Virus record (IMG/VR): IMGVR_UViG_3300036715_003541
Location: 21,346 to 85,345 of that record
Length of the DNA stretch: 64,000 nucleotides
Strand: one strand, 5' to 3'
Origin: a virus
The notes below the pieces were generated by a model. That model was not told where the DNA came from, ran no database searches, and saw only the letters and a list, made by a program, of their open reading frames with translations. The position numbers were made by a program, and so were the translations under genes. This document shows, one piece after another, positions 56,706 through 64,000 of this stretch. The number at the start of each line of letters is the position of its first letter. Within the stretch, counting starts at the first letter, position 1.

Positions 56706-58471
56706 CCTTTTAGTACAAATTTACATTTTGGATATCCAGAACATCCTTTAAATGCTTCATTTGTTTTGCTGTTTTTTCTATCTACAAGCGGACTGCCACA
56801 CGTAGGGCACATTGAGTAACCTGCATCGATATATGCCTTCGTTAAATCAATGCTCAATTCTTTATAAAATGAATCAAGAATCTGACCCTTATCACTTTTT
56901 CCAGTATGAATATCATCTAATGCTTTTTCCATATCTGCAGTAAATTTATAATTCATAAACTTAAAATACTTATTTAAAGTATCAACAACTTTAATACCAA
57001 GTTCTGTACCATAATACGTATTTCCCTTTTTTTCAACATAATTTCTTGCAATAATATTCTTTAATATCTGCGCAAATGTTGCGGGTCTACCAATTCCACG
57101 AGAATCCATTTCTTTAATAATGGATGCTACATTGTAACGCTCTGGTGGTTGTGTTTTCTTTTTCTCAATACTTAGATTCTTTGAGTTAACTTCAAACTCA
57201 TCACCAACACTTAAATCAGGTAAATCAATGGCAGCCATGGATACATCACCAAAAACAGCCAAATATCCAGGGTCTGAAATGGATTTGCCACTTACCTTAA
57301 ATGAATATGTACTAGATACATCCAATGCAGTTATTCTTAATGTGTTATAAATTGCCGGAGCACATTGGCTTGCAACAAAATACTTCCAAATCATATCATA
57401 TACTTGTTTTTCTTCATTGCTTGTAAAGATAAAATCATTATCTGATTTTAAATCCAAATCTGTAGGACGAATACACTCGTGAGCATCTTGTGAAGAATCT
57501 TTATTTTTATAAAGATTTTCCTTAGGAGAAAGTTTGAATGAAGTTTCTCCCGCAATATAGGCTCTACAGCCTTCTGTTGCCTCAGGACTTGCACGCAAAG
57601 AGTCTGTACGTAAATAAGTAATCAAACCACGTTCATACAAAGATTGAGCAATTTGCATTGTATCTTCTGCTGAAAATGAAAACTTCTTTGCCATTACTTG
57701 CTGCAAAGAAGAAGTAATTAATGGTGGTTGTGGATACTCTGGTTTTTTATCAGAATCCACTTTCTTTATAATAAGTTTTGAACCTTGAATAATCTTTGAT
57801 ACACAAGATTCAGCATCTTCTTTCTTTAAGAATTTGCCATCCAACTTCAACTTAAATGATTTCTTTGGATGTTTAATATCCGCATATACATTGAAAAAAT
57901 CTTCGGGCTTAAAAGCTTCAATATCTTTTTCGCGTTCACAGATAAGTCGAACAGCCACACTTTGTACGCGTCCAGCCGACATACTTCCTGTAAATGTTTT
58001 CATAAGATAAGGCGAAACCTTATAACCAACAAGCCGATCTAAAATACGTCTTGTTTCTTGAGATTCAACAAGTTTATAATCAATATCTCTCGCATTTTTC
58101 AATGCTTTTGATATGGCTGATTTTGTGATTTCGTTAAATGTACATCTTTTGAATGGAATATCTAATGTAGAAAGTCTTTCTTTTAAGTGCCAGGAAATAG
58201 ATTCACCCTCACGATCAGGGTCGGTGCATAAATAAATGGTATCACAACCTTTTGCAGAATCCATTAAGTCACCAACTACTTTATATTTGTCTGGACTAAT
58301 TACATACTTGGCTTTAAAATTTTTTTCTATGTCCACGCCCGTGTTCGCGTGACCATTCTTAGCTAGCTCAGTAATATGACCAAAACAAGCTTTTACAACA
58401 TAATTGTCGCCAAGTGCTTCAGATACTTTTGTTATTTTACTTGGAGACTCTACTATAATAAGTTTTTTCAT
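56702..58471 (-). CDS. topA: Type IA DNA topoisomerase
   Basis: IVESPSK, DPDREGE, SAGRVQS, ITYLRTDS (catalytic Tyr), AHECIRPT, GIGRPAT, one C4 ribbon. Confidence 0.95.
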   Translation of the reverse strand: MKKLIIVESPSKITKVSEALGDNYVVKACFGHITELAKNGHANTGVDIEKNFKAKYVISPDKYKVVGDLMDSAKGCDTIYLCTDPDREGESISWHLKERLSTLDIPFKRCTFNEITKSAISKALKNARDIDYKLVESQETRRILDRLVGYKVSPYLMKTFTGSMSAGRVQSVAVRLICEREKDIEAFKPEDFFNVYADIKHPKKSFKLKLDGKFLKKEDAESCVSKIIQGSKLIIKKVDSDKKPEYPQPPLITSSLQQVMAKKFSFSAEDTMQIAQSLYERGLITYLRTDSLRASPEATEGCRAYIAGETSFKLSPKENLYKNKDSSQDAHECIRPTDLDLKSDNDFIFTSNEEKQVYDMIWKYFVASQCAPAIYNTLRITALDVSSTYSFKVSGKSISDPGYLAVFGDVSMAAIDLPDLSVGDEFEVNSKNLSIEKKKTQPPERYNVASIIKEMDSRGIGRPATFAQILKNIIARNYVEKKGNTYYGTELGIKVVDTLNKYFKFMNYKFTADMEKALDDIHTGKSDKGQILDSFYKELSIDLTKAYIDAGYSMCPTCGSPLVDRKNSKTNEAFKGCSGYPKCKFVLKG

Positions 58472-58472
58472 A

Positions 58473-58838
58473 TTAAAACCCGATAATTGCTTGAAATTTG
58501 TAATTTATAAAATATTTTGTATTTTGGTGAATATCATGGAAAAAAGACAAATCATCTTTTACAAGCCATGCTGAATGTTTGCATTTACAAAGCATTACCT
58601 CAACAATCTCTTCCTCAGAAGGTTGCTTTATATTTTGAGATAAGTTAACCTTATTACCAATAAACTTTAAATTTTGTAATGTTATTTTTTTTGATTTTCT
58701 AATATCTTTTTCAACTGGTCTATGCAAACCAAATTTTGCAACTTTCATATCTTTTGGCATGAAAACAAAGAAAGCTGGGGAAGACCCACACTTTAAGCAA
58801 GCTGAAGCATTATAAAATATATGATATTTTGTTTCCAT
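58473..58838 (-). CDS. Hypothetical Cys-containing protein
   Basis: CLKC and CKC. Confidence 0.5.
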   Translation of the reverse strand: METKYHIFYNASACLKCGSSPAFFVFMPKDMKVAKFGLHRPVEKDIRKSKKITLQNLKFIGNKVNLSQNIKQPSEEEIVEVMLCKCKHSAWLVKDDLSFFHDIHQNTKYFINYKFQAIIGF

Positions 58839-59428
58839 TATTTCTTTCTTAATTCATTTAGAATTCTATTGATATGACCTAATGCTCCAGATTCATGATG
58901 TGGCTTTATTTTAAAATAAGACACAATGTATTTTTCACACTCAGCATTTGGCATGTAAATTTTATTAAATGTATAGCTGGAAACATTGGCAATATGGTTT
59001 TGTAATGTATCTATATCAAGCAAAGACACCAGCTTACCAAAATAAAAAGGCTTCAAAACATCGGAGTTAGACCTTGTAAAAAACATATCCGTTGATGAAT
59101 TTCGAATAATACCATTTTTCACACAACCTTCGAAAGTAGATAAGCCTTCAAATATATCGAAATCCAATATAGACATATTGGTTTTTTCTTTTTTATTGCA
59201 AAGATATTTATAAGGCAAATTATCTTCTAAGATTTGAATATATTTTTGAAATAACTTTGAGTGAAAATTACCAATTCTTGTATTGTTATACAAGAAATTA
59301 TGAAATTCATTATTATCTATAAAATCATGGAAAGCTTGGTACATAAATGTTTTACCAAGTTTTCCATAAGAGTAATCATTGTAATAAGAATGACTTTCCA
59401 ATTGCATTAATTTTGTTTTTAAACTCAA
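58838..59428 (-). CDS. Hypothetical protein
   Basis: 196 aa, coupled to neighbours. Confidence 0.5.
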   Translation of the reverse strand: MSLKTKLMQLESHSYYNDYSYGKLGKTFMYQAFHDFIDNNEFHNFLYNNTRIGNFHSKLFQKYIQILEDNLPYKYLCNKKEKTNMSILDFDIFEGLSTFEGCVKNGIIRNSSTDMFFTRSNSDVLKPFYFGKLVSLLDIDTLQNHIANVSSYTFNKIYMPNAECEKYIVSYFKIKPHHESGALGHINRILNELRKK

Positions 59429-60369
59429 ATTGCTACCTGAAATCGAGTAAGTTGTCCATTCATTTTCATGATTGCATCACCACGACCCATTAGTTTTTCT
59501 GCGCCAACTTCATCCAAAATGATTTTAGAATCAATATGAGAGGCGGTTCGACATGTAATTCTTACCGGGAAATTTGCTTTAATATTACCATCAATAATAT
59601 TTGCGGCGGGACGCTGTGTTGCAGCAATAATAAAGATATCTGCAGAACGACACTTTTGAGCCAAAAAGCAAAGTTTACGCTTAAATTCTCCAGAGGGATC
59701 ACTCATGACAATATCAGATAGTTCGTCAATAATTAGAAAATATGGAGGAACAGTCTTATAATCAAACTTACAATCTTCATTCGAAAAACGAATGCGGTAA
59801 TCCATTGCCTTAATCAAAGAATCCAAAAATGTAATATAAGAATCAATATCAGAAAATACTTTGGAATTATTTTGATTGAAAAATTCATTCTTCTTTGGGT
59901 CGAAGATAAAAATATTATCCTTTGTGTATTTTTTATCAGCATTCAATCTTTGAATGTTTTTAATAATACTTTTCATAAGAACCGTCTTACCAGAACCAGT
60001 ACTTCCACCAATCAAAATGTGAGGACAATCAGGCATAAACAAAGATACGTTTTCTCCAACGTATGTTTGACCAATATGAAATTGAGAATCATGTTTCATA
60101 ATTTTATCTAAGAAAACTTTATCTCTGCTTTCAGAAATAAAAGTAAAGATAATTTCTTGATTCTTATAATCATGATCAATTGCTGGTTCATACTTTTGAC
60201 CCAGCAAAAAAGCAATTTCAGGAATGTATTTTGTAAGATCTTTTATCTTACAACGTTCTCCCAATTTAATTTTCGCCCTAGATGTTGTTTGAGTATGTTC
60301 TACAGAGATACACTCAGCTTTAATTTTATAGTTTCGAAAAACAAAATTTACAGAGTCTTTGCTAAACAT
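59425..60369 (-). CDS. FtsK/SpoIIIE motor-domain ATPase (no TM or gamma domain)
   Basis: PHILIGGSTGSGKT, DPK, IIDEL, ATQRP, IKANFP.RI, GAEKLMGRGD. Likely start MFSKD with GAGG RBS. Confidence 0.88.
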   Translation of the reverse strand: MFSKDSVNFVFRNYKIKAECISVEHTQTTSRAKIKLGERCKIKDLTKYIPEIAFLLGQKYEPAIDHDYKNQEIIFTFISESRDKVFLDKIMKHDSQFHIGQTYVGENVSLFMPDCPHILIGGSTGSGKTVLMKSIIKNIQRLNADKKYTKDNIFIFDPKKNEFFNQNNSKVFSDIDSYITFLDSLIKAMDYRIRFSNEDCKFDYKTVPPYFLIIDELSDIVMSDPSGEFKRKLCFLAQKCRSADIFIIAATQRPAANIIDGNIKANFPVRITCRTASHIDSKIILDEVGAEKLMGRGDAIMKMNGQLTRFQVAI

Positions 60370-60411
60370 GCTTAACCTCAAGGGATACTATAAGCACGCA
60401 AACGCAACCTG

Positions 60412-60762
60412 TCAAGACCCTGGGAATGTCACCGGATCACCAACTTCTAATCCTAATTCACTATATGTGCCACTTGGTAATTCAATAATAAGATCTGATA
60501 CTTTTGAACTTTTTATTAAATTTGTTGAATGTGGTATCCCATCTTTTTTATCTACAATTTTACCATTGCAGCAAAATACAATATCCAAAGGACTTGGAGT
60601 ATTTTTCATCCAAAAAATATTTTCCTTTGGATAAGGATAAACAAAAGCCATTGCAGGTGGCTTCCATTTTTTAAACATTAAACCTTGCATTTGCTCTTCA
60701 GCTGTTTCTGCTATCAAGACTTCAATAGTATGATCTTTTATTTTTAAATTACTTTTTTTCAT
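60412..60762 (-). CDS. DUF192 family protein
   Basis: IAET.EE..QGLMF, FWMKNT..PLDIVF, IELP.G. Confidence 0.85.
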   Translation of the reverse strand: MKKSNLKIKDHTIEVLIAETAEEQMQGLMFKKWKPPAMAFVYPYPKENIFWMKNTPSPLDIVFCCNGKIVDKKDGIPHSTNLIKSSKVSDLIIELPSGTYSELGLEVGDPVTFPGS

Positions 60763-62287
60763 GTTTTGGTAATTTCTTTGTGTCTTTTACAAATCTATGC
60801 TTATCAAGAACATGTTTTATTTTAAGCATAGATTGATGAATGTTTTCTTTTTCATTCCTCAATCCTTTAATATCTACATCGGGATCCTCTAATCTATCCA
60901 TTAGATCTTCTGCTATTTTACAGCACTCATCTAAAATTTGATAAATATCAATTCTTAAAGCAGATCCATTACCAAAAGATAAATGATTCTTTAATTTTAA
61001 CCAAAGTCTATTTAAATAACCAGCTTGCTTTAATAATGAAGCTGTTGTCACCATAGATGCATCTGTGAAAAATTCATCAAAAAAAGAATCATCAATTTCT
61101 GGAATAACTCCGGTTTCCGCTATTTTTTTAAAAAAGAATTTGTTGGCTTGTGATAATTTATCAAAATCAAAAAAAGCTTCACTATTTTCTAAAGAATAAA
61201 TATCTAATGTCGCACCATCATCCCAAATTTCATCAGCAACTTCACCCTTGTATTTTTTACGTAAATACTCTATGCCAATATTAATGATTCTTTTTGCAAC
61301 ACCAAGCTTGTAATCAGATTGAGCAAATTGACCCTGAAATTGATCTAAAAATGATTGTGCAAAATATTTGATAATATTTTGTGTATCCATTTCGTTAAAA
61401 TAATCATTTAACATAACATGATTAATTTTGTTTTTTATGTAAGAAATTTCTTTTTCTGTCATATGATGCCCACCAGAAATATTTTCATTTATTTCTGGTG
61501 AATTTAAAACCTCATCAATATTTACAGAACTTATGTTTCCAGCTATTTCATTAATCTGCTCTTGACGTTCTTCTTTTGTGGGTGGAGTTGGGAATGTAAA
61601 ACGTGTTTCTTTTTTAGACTCATTATTTACTTCTTCACCCACTTCTTCTGTTTCCAAAATAACCGGAACCTCATCGTTTTGATTTGTATGAGTTGTTTTA
61701 TTTTCTAAAATATAATTCGGATTATCTTCAATAACTTGAATTAATTCCTCTGAGAATTCAATAAAAGAATCAAATTCACCATGAAACTTGGAGTAATCAC
61801 TAAATACATCATATAAGAATTTATCTTTTACAGATGTATCTATTGTTTTCACAGAAAGAATATATTCTTGATATTTACGCATACTTTCTTCAAGAGTTGC
61901 CAATTGAGAAAGTAAAGATCGCCTGTAGTTTTGTGTGCGATCCCCAAACCATTTTCCACGAAGCTTAGAAATAAAACGAGTAAAAGAATTACTAGAATAT
62001 TTGCTAAATTCTTTATTTTTTCTTTTAGCTAATTTTTTGTTTTTTAAATACTCTTTTTTATCTGTAAGAAATTTCTTTGTCAAAGAATTGATTTCATCAG
62101 ATTGTGATAATATTTTATCAAACTTATCTCTTAAAGAAGATGGGTAATTAGAAACGTCTTCCTTATCTTCTAATTTATTTGATAATGTCTTTTTTTTAAA
62201 CATAGCAAGATCTTTGTTGAAGTCAATTATTTTGCTTTTAAATTCTTTATGCAAAGTATGTGTGTTGGGTTTCTCTTGTTTTAACAT
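60749..62287 (-). CDS. Hypothetical protein, candidate displaced head-cargo protein
   Basis: 512 aa. LLKQAG and KIAE sites; preceded by a terminator and GCAT-N6-ATG. Confidence 0.55.
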   Translation of the reverse strand: MLKQEKPNTHTLHKEFKSKIIDFNKDLAMFKKKTLSNKLEDKEDVSNYPSSLRDKFDKILSQSDEINSLTKKFLTDKKEYLKNKKLAKRKNKEFSKYSSNSFTRFISKLRGKWFGDRTQNYRRSLLSQLATLEESMRKYQEYILSVKTIDTSVKDKFLYDVFSDYSKFHGEFDSFIEFSEELIQVIEDNPNYILENKTTHTNQNDEVPVILETEEVGEEVNNESKKETRFTFPTPPTKEERQEQINEIAGNISSVNIDEVLNSPEINENISGGHHMTEKEISYIKNKINHVMLNDYFNEMDTQNIIKYFAQSFLDQFQGQFAQSDYKLGVAKRIINIGIEYLRKKYKGEVADEIWDDGATLDIYSLENSEAFFDFDKLSQANKFFFKKIAETGVIPEIDDSFFDEFFTDASMVTTASLLKQAGYLNRLWLKLKNHLSFGNGSALRIDIYQILDECCKIAEDLMDRLEDPDVDIKGLRNEKENIHQSMLKIKHVLDKHRFVKDTKKLPKHEKK

Positions 62288-62298
62288 GATTAAATGCT

Positions 62299-62334
62299 AA
62301 AAAATGACTACCAATATTATGATAGTCATTTTTT
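62299..62334 (-). terminator. Rho-independent terminator
   Basis: aaaaaatgacta / tagtcatttttt inverted repeat. Confidence 0.75.
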
Positions 62335-62335
62335 A

Positions 62336-62917
62336 TCAATGTTCAATTATTTCATCTATAATGCCATATTCTAAAGCCTCTTCTGCAGTCAAGAACAAAT
62401 CTCTTGAACAATCATTAATTACATCCTCTAAAACTATTCCTGTTTTATCAGATACAATTTGCATAATATCTACGTTCTTTTTATTTAAAAAAGAAAGATA
62501 ATCCATAGAGTATTTTTCTTCGGGAGCATTTGGGAATGTACACTGAATACCATGAATCATAATATCAGAATGCTTAAATGCACTTCTTGTACCCGTCCCT
62601 GAACAAAGTAAGAATGCGCCTGCAGAATATGCTTTACCTAAACAAATCGTAGATACTGGGCATGGAATAAGTTGCATTGTATCATAAATTTGAAAAAATC
62701 CATCTACATCACCACCATTACTGTGTATATAAAGATTTATATTTTCATCTGGATCTTGAGCTGCATAATGATAAAGAAGAGCACAGATAATTGCGGCGGA
62801 ATCTTTTGTTACATTTTCTTTTAAGAAAATAGAACGGTTTTTTGATAACTCTGCATATGTTTTTGCATGACTTGGATTTTCCATCACTGGAATATCTTGG
62901 TGTATTTTTTTACTCAT
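62336..62917 (-). CDS. clpP: ClpP protease subunit (catalytic triad intact)
   Basis: YIHSNGG, CLGKAYSAGAFLL (Ser), IMIHG (His), RDLFLTAEEALEYGIID (Asp). Confidence 0.9.
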   Translation of the reverse strand: MSKKIHQDIPVMENPSHAKTYAELSKNRSIFLKENVTKDSAAIICALLYHYAAQDPDENINLYIHSNGGDVDGFFQIYDTMQLIPCPVSTICLGKAYSAGAFLLCSGTGTRSAFKHSDIMIHGIQCTFPNAPEEKYSMDYLSFLNKKNVDIMQIVSDKTGIVLEDVINDCSRDLFLTAEEALEYGIIDEIIEH

Positions 62918-63498
62918 ACATCACTTCTTTCTGGTCCCAAAATACCATCAATGATTCCAATTTTCTTAGCTTGAACTGGAGTTAAATATTTCTTTTCTTC
63001 AAAAAATGTTTTTAACTGGATTTTTGGACAGTGTTTTTGCATTGCCTTTAAATACATATCATTATTAATTTTTAATCGACGCTGCATAATTGCGGCATCG
63101 ATTAAATCTGAATAACCCATTCCATAATGTTTTAATTTGTCAATTCCAATTGTTGCATGTGGAGTGGCAAATCTAAAACCTGGTGTACCACCAACCAAAA
63201 GCAATACAGCCTCATCTTCTGCTGCCCCTGAACAAACCGTTTTTATAGTACAATCTACCATTTGCATGGCATCATAAATCATAAAAATATTACGAATGTC
63301 GCCGCCAGGAGAGTTAATAAAAAGAGTAATATCTTCTTTTGACTCTTGTGATTTTTGTAATATATTCGCTGAAATATATGTGGCGATATCGTCGGTTATT
63401 TCTTCATAGATAAAGAAAGTTCTACTTTCTTCTAATTTTGAAAAAACATCAATATATTCATCTCCCATAGGAGTTTCTTCACAAATTAATTTATTCAT
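62914..63498 (-). CDS. ClpP-like subunit lacking catalytic triad (ClpR-like)
   Basis: DVFSKL, FINSPGG, IYDAMQ are present, but GAAEDEA, IGIDK and EKKYL replace Ser, His and Asp. Confidence 0.8.
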   Translation of the reverse strand: MNKLICEETPMGDEYIDVFSKLEESRTFFIYEEITDDIATYISANILQKSQESKEDITLFINSPGGDIRNIFMIYDAMQMVDCTIKTVCSGAAEDEAVLLLVGGTPGFRFATPHATIGIDKLKHYGMGYSDLIDAAIMQRRLKINNDMYLKAMQKHCPKIQLKTFFEEKKYLTPVQAKKIGIIDGILGPERSDV

Positions 63499-63511
63499 AT
63501 ATTCTCGCTCT

Positions 63512-63856
63512 TTATTTTACTATTTTAGCTTGTGCTTCTCGATCTGATGCACAATCCACACAAGTATCGAACCAAGGCGTGTAAGAAAGTCTTTTCTCAG
63601 CTATATCATCTTGGCAACTAATGCAAACCCCGTAAGTTTCAGCAGCTATCTTTTCTAAAGCAATATCAATTTTCTTTATTTGTCCACGTTTTCTTGCACT
63701 TAATGCTAAATCTACATTTGCTAAAATAGTTGCTTGAATATGATCTGTTTCATCACCTTGAGAGTCAAGTAAAATTTCTTTACTTAGTTCTTCTTCAAGC
63801 TTTGATTTCATTGTTCCAAGTTTTGATTTCATTTCTTTTAAAAATTCTTTTCTCAT
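63512..63856 (-). CDS. dksA: DksA/TraR family C4 zinc-finger transcription factor
   Basis: Coiled-coil tip GDETD, IDIALEKI...YGVCISC..I...RL...P....CVDC. Confidence 0.9.
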   Translation of the reverse strand: MRKEFLKEMKSKLGTMKSKLEEELSKEILLDSQGDETDHIQATILANVDLALSARKRGQIKKIDIALEKIAAETYGVCISCQDDIAEKRLSYTPWFDTCVDCASDREAQAKIVK

Positions 63857-63943
63857 GATCTCTCAATTTCTTTTATGTGAATTACAATAGGTTTACTAGG
63901 TCGTTTCAAAGCATTATTATTTAACTTTGATATAAATATAATC

Positions 63944-64000
63944 ATGGCGCAATCTACAGGATCTTTTAGTGGGACGTACTTCACTTTCCACCCCATGTAT
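63944..64000 (+). CDS. Possible start of a divergent plus-strand gene (partial)
   Basis: ATG GCG CAA TCT... is open to the window end and preceded by TGATATAAATATAATC. Only 19 codons are visible. Confidence 0.3.
   Translation, partial: MAQSTGSFSGTYFTFHPMY

Noticed and set aside
102-62501. The many short plus-strand ORFs in the track (e.g. 16886..17413, 23356..23889, 49749..50198)
   Set aside because: They are antisense shadows of longer minus-strand genes, Ser/Phe/Ile-rich, with no motifs.
30292-63856. Bacterial chromosome or prophage flank, suggested by dnaE, recA, topA, tig, clpP, rpsU, dksA and ftsK
   Set aside because: The genes are divergent or truncated, lack bacterial operon context, and are interleaved with dNMP kinase, gp32-like SSB and gp46/47-like genes. 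They share strand, composition and regulatory motifs with the head block.

Overview
AT-rich segment of a large (jumbo/huge) tailed dsDNA phage. Essentially every real gene lies on the minus strand, and the standard code fits because TAA, TGA and TAG all end genes. About 1-30.2 kb is a head-morphogenesis block: two paralogous capsid decoration/cement-like proteins, a prohead protease-scaffold fusion, portal, terminase large subunit, a lytic transglycosylase, a CCA/poly(A)-type nucleotidyltransferase and about 20 uncharacterised proteins. About 30.3-64 kb holds replication, recombination and host-takeover genes: sigma region-4 protein, split DnaG primase, DnaJ, RuvC, SSB, RecA, DnaE, trigger factor, PD-(D/E)XK nuclease, dNMP kinase, SbcC/SbcD, HNH, ribosomal bS21, AAA+ ATPase, TopA, FtsK motor, a ClpP plus inactive ClpP pair, and DksA/TraR. 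A decayed IsrB/omega-RNA (IS200/IS605) element abuts a tRNA-Gly remnant near 42.2-43.0 kb. The most interesting signal is a shared motif grammar across otherwise unrelated head-block proteins: K-x-A sites, a LxxAxxLDxxG...A helical hairpin, and an AHP module also present in the scaffold. I infer a capsid cargo-targeting and maturation system. Two candidate phage promoter motifs (GATATATA and GCAT) are physically coupled to terminator or RBS-sequestering hairpins. All calls come from motif recognition by eye; no database searches were run.
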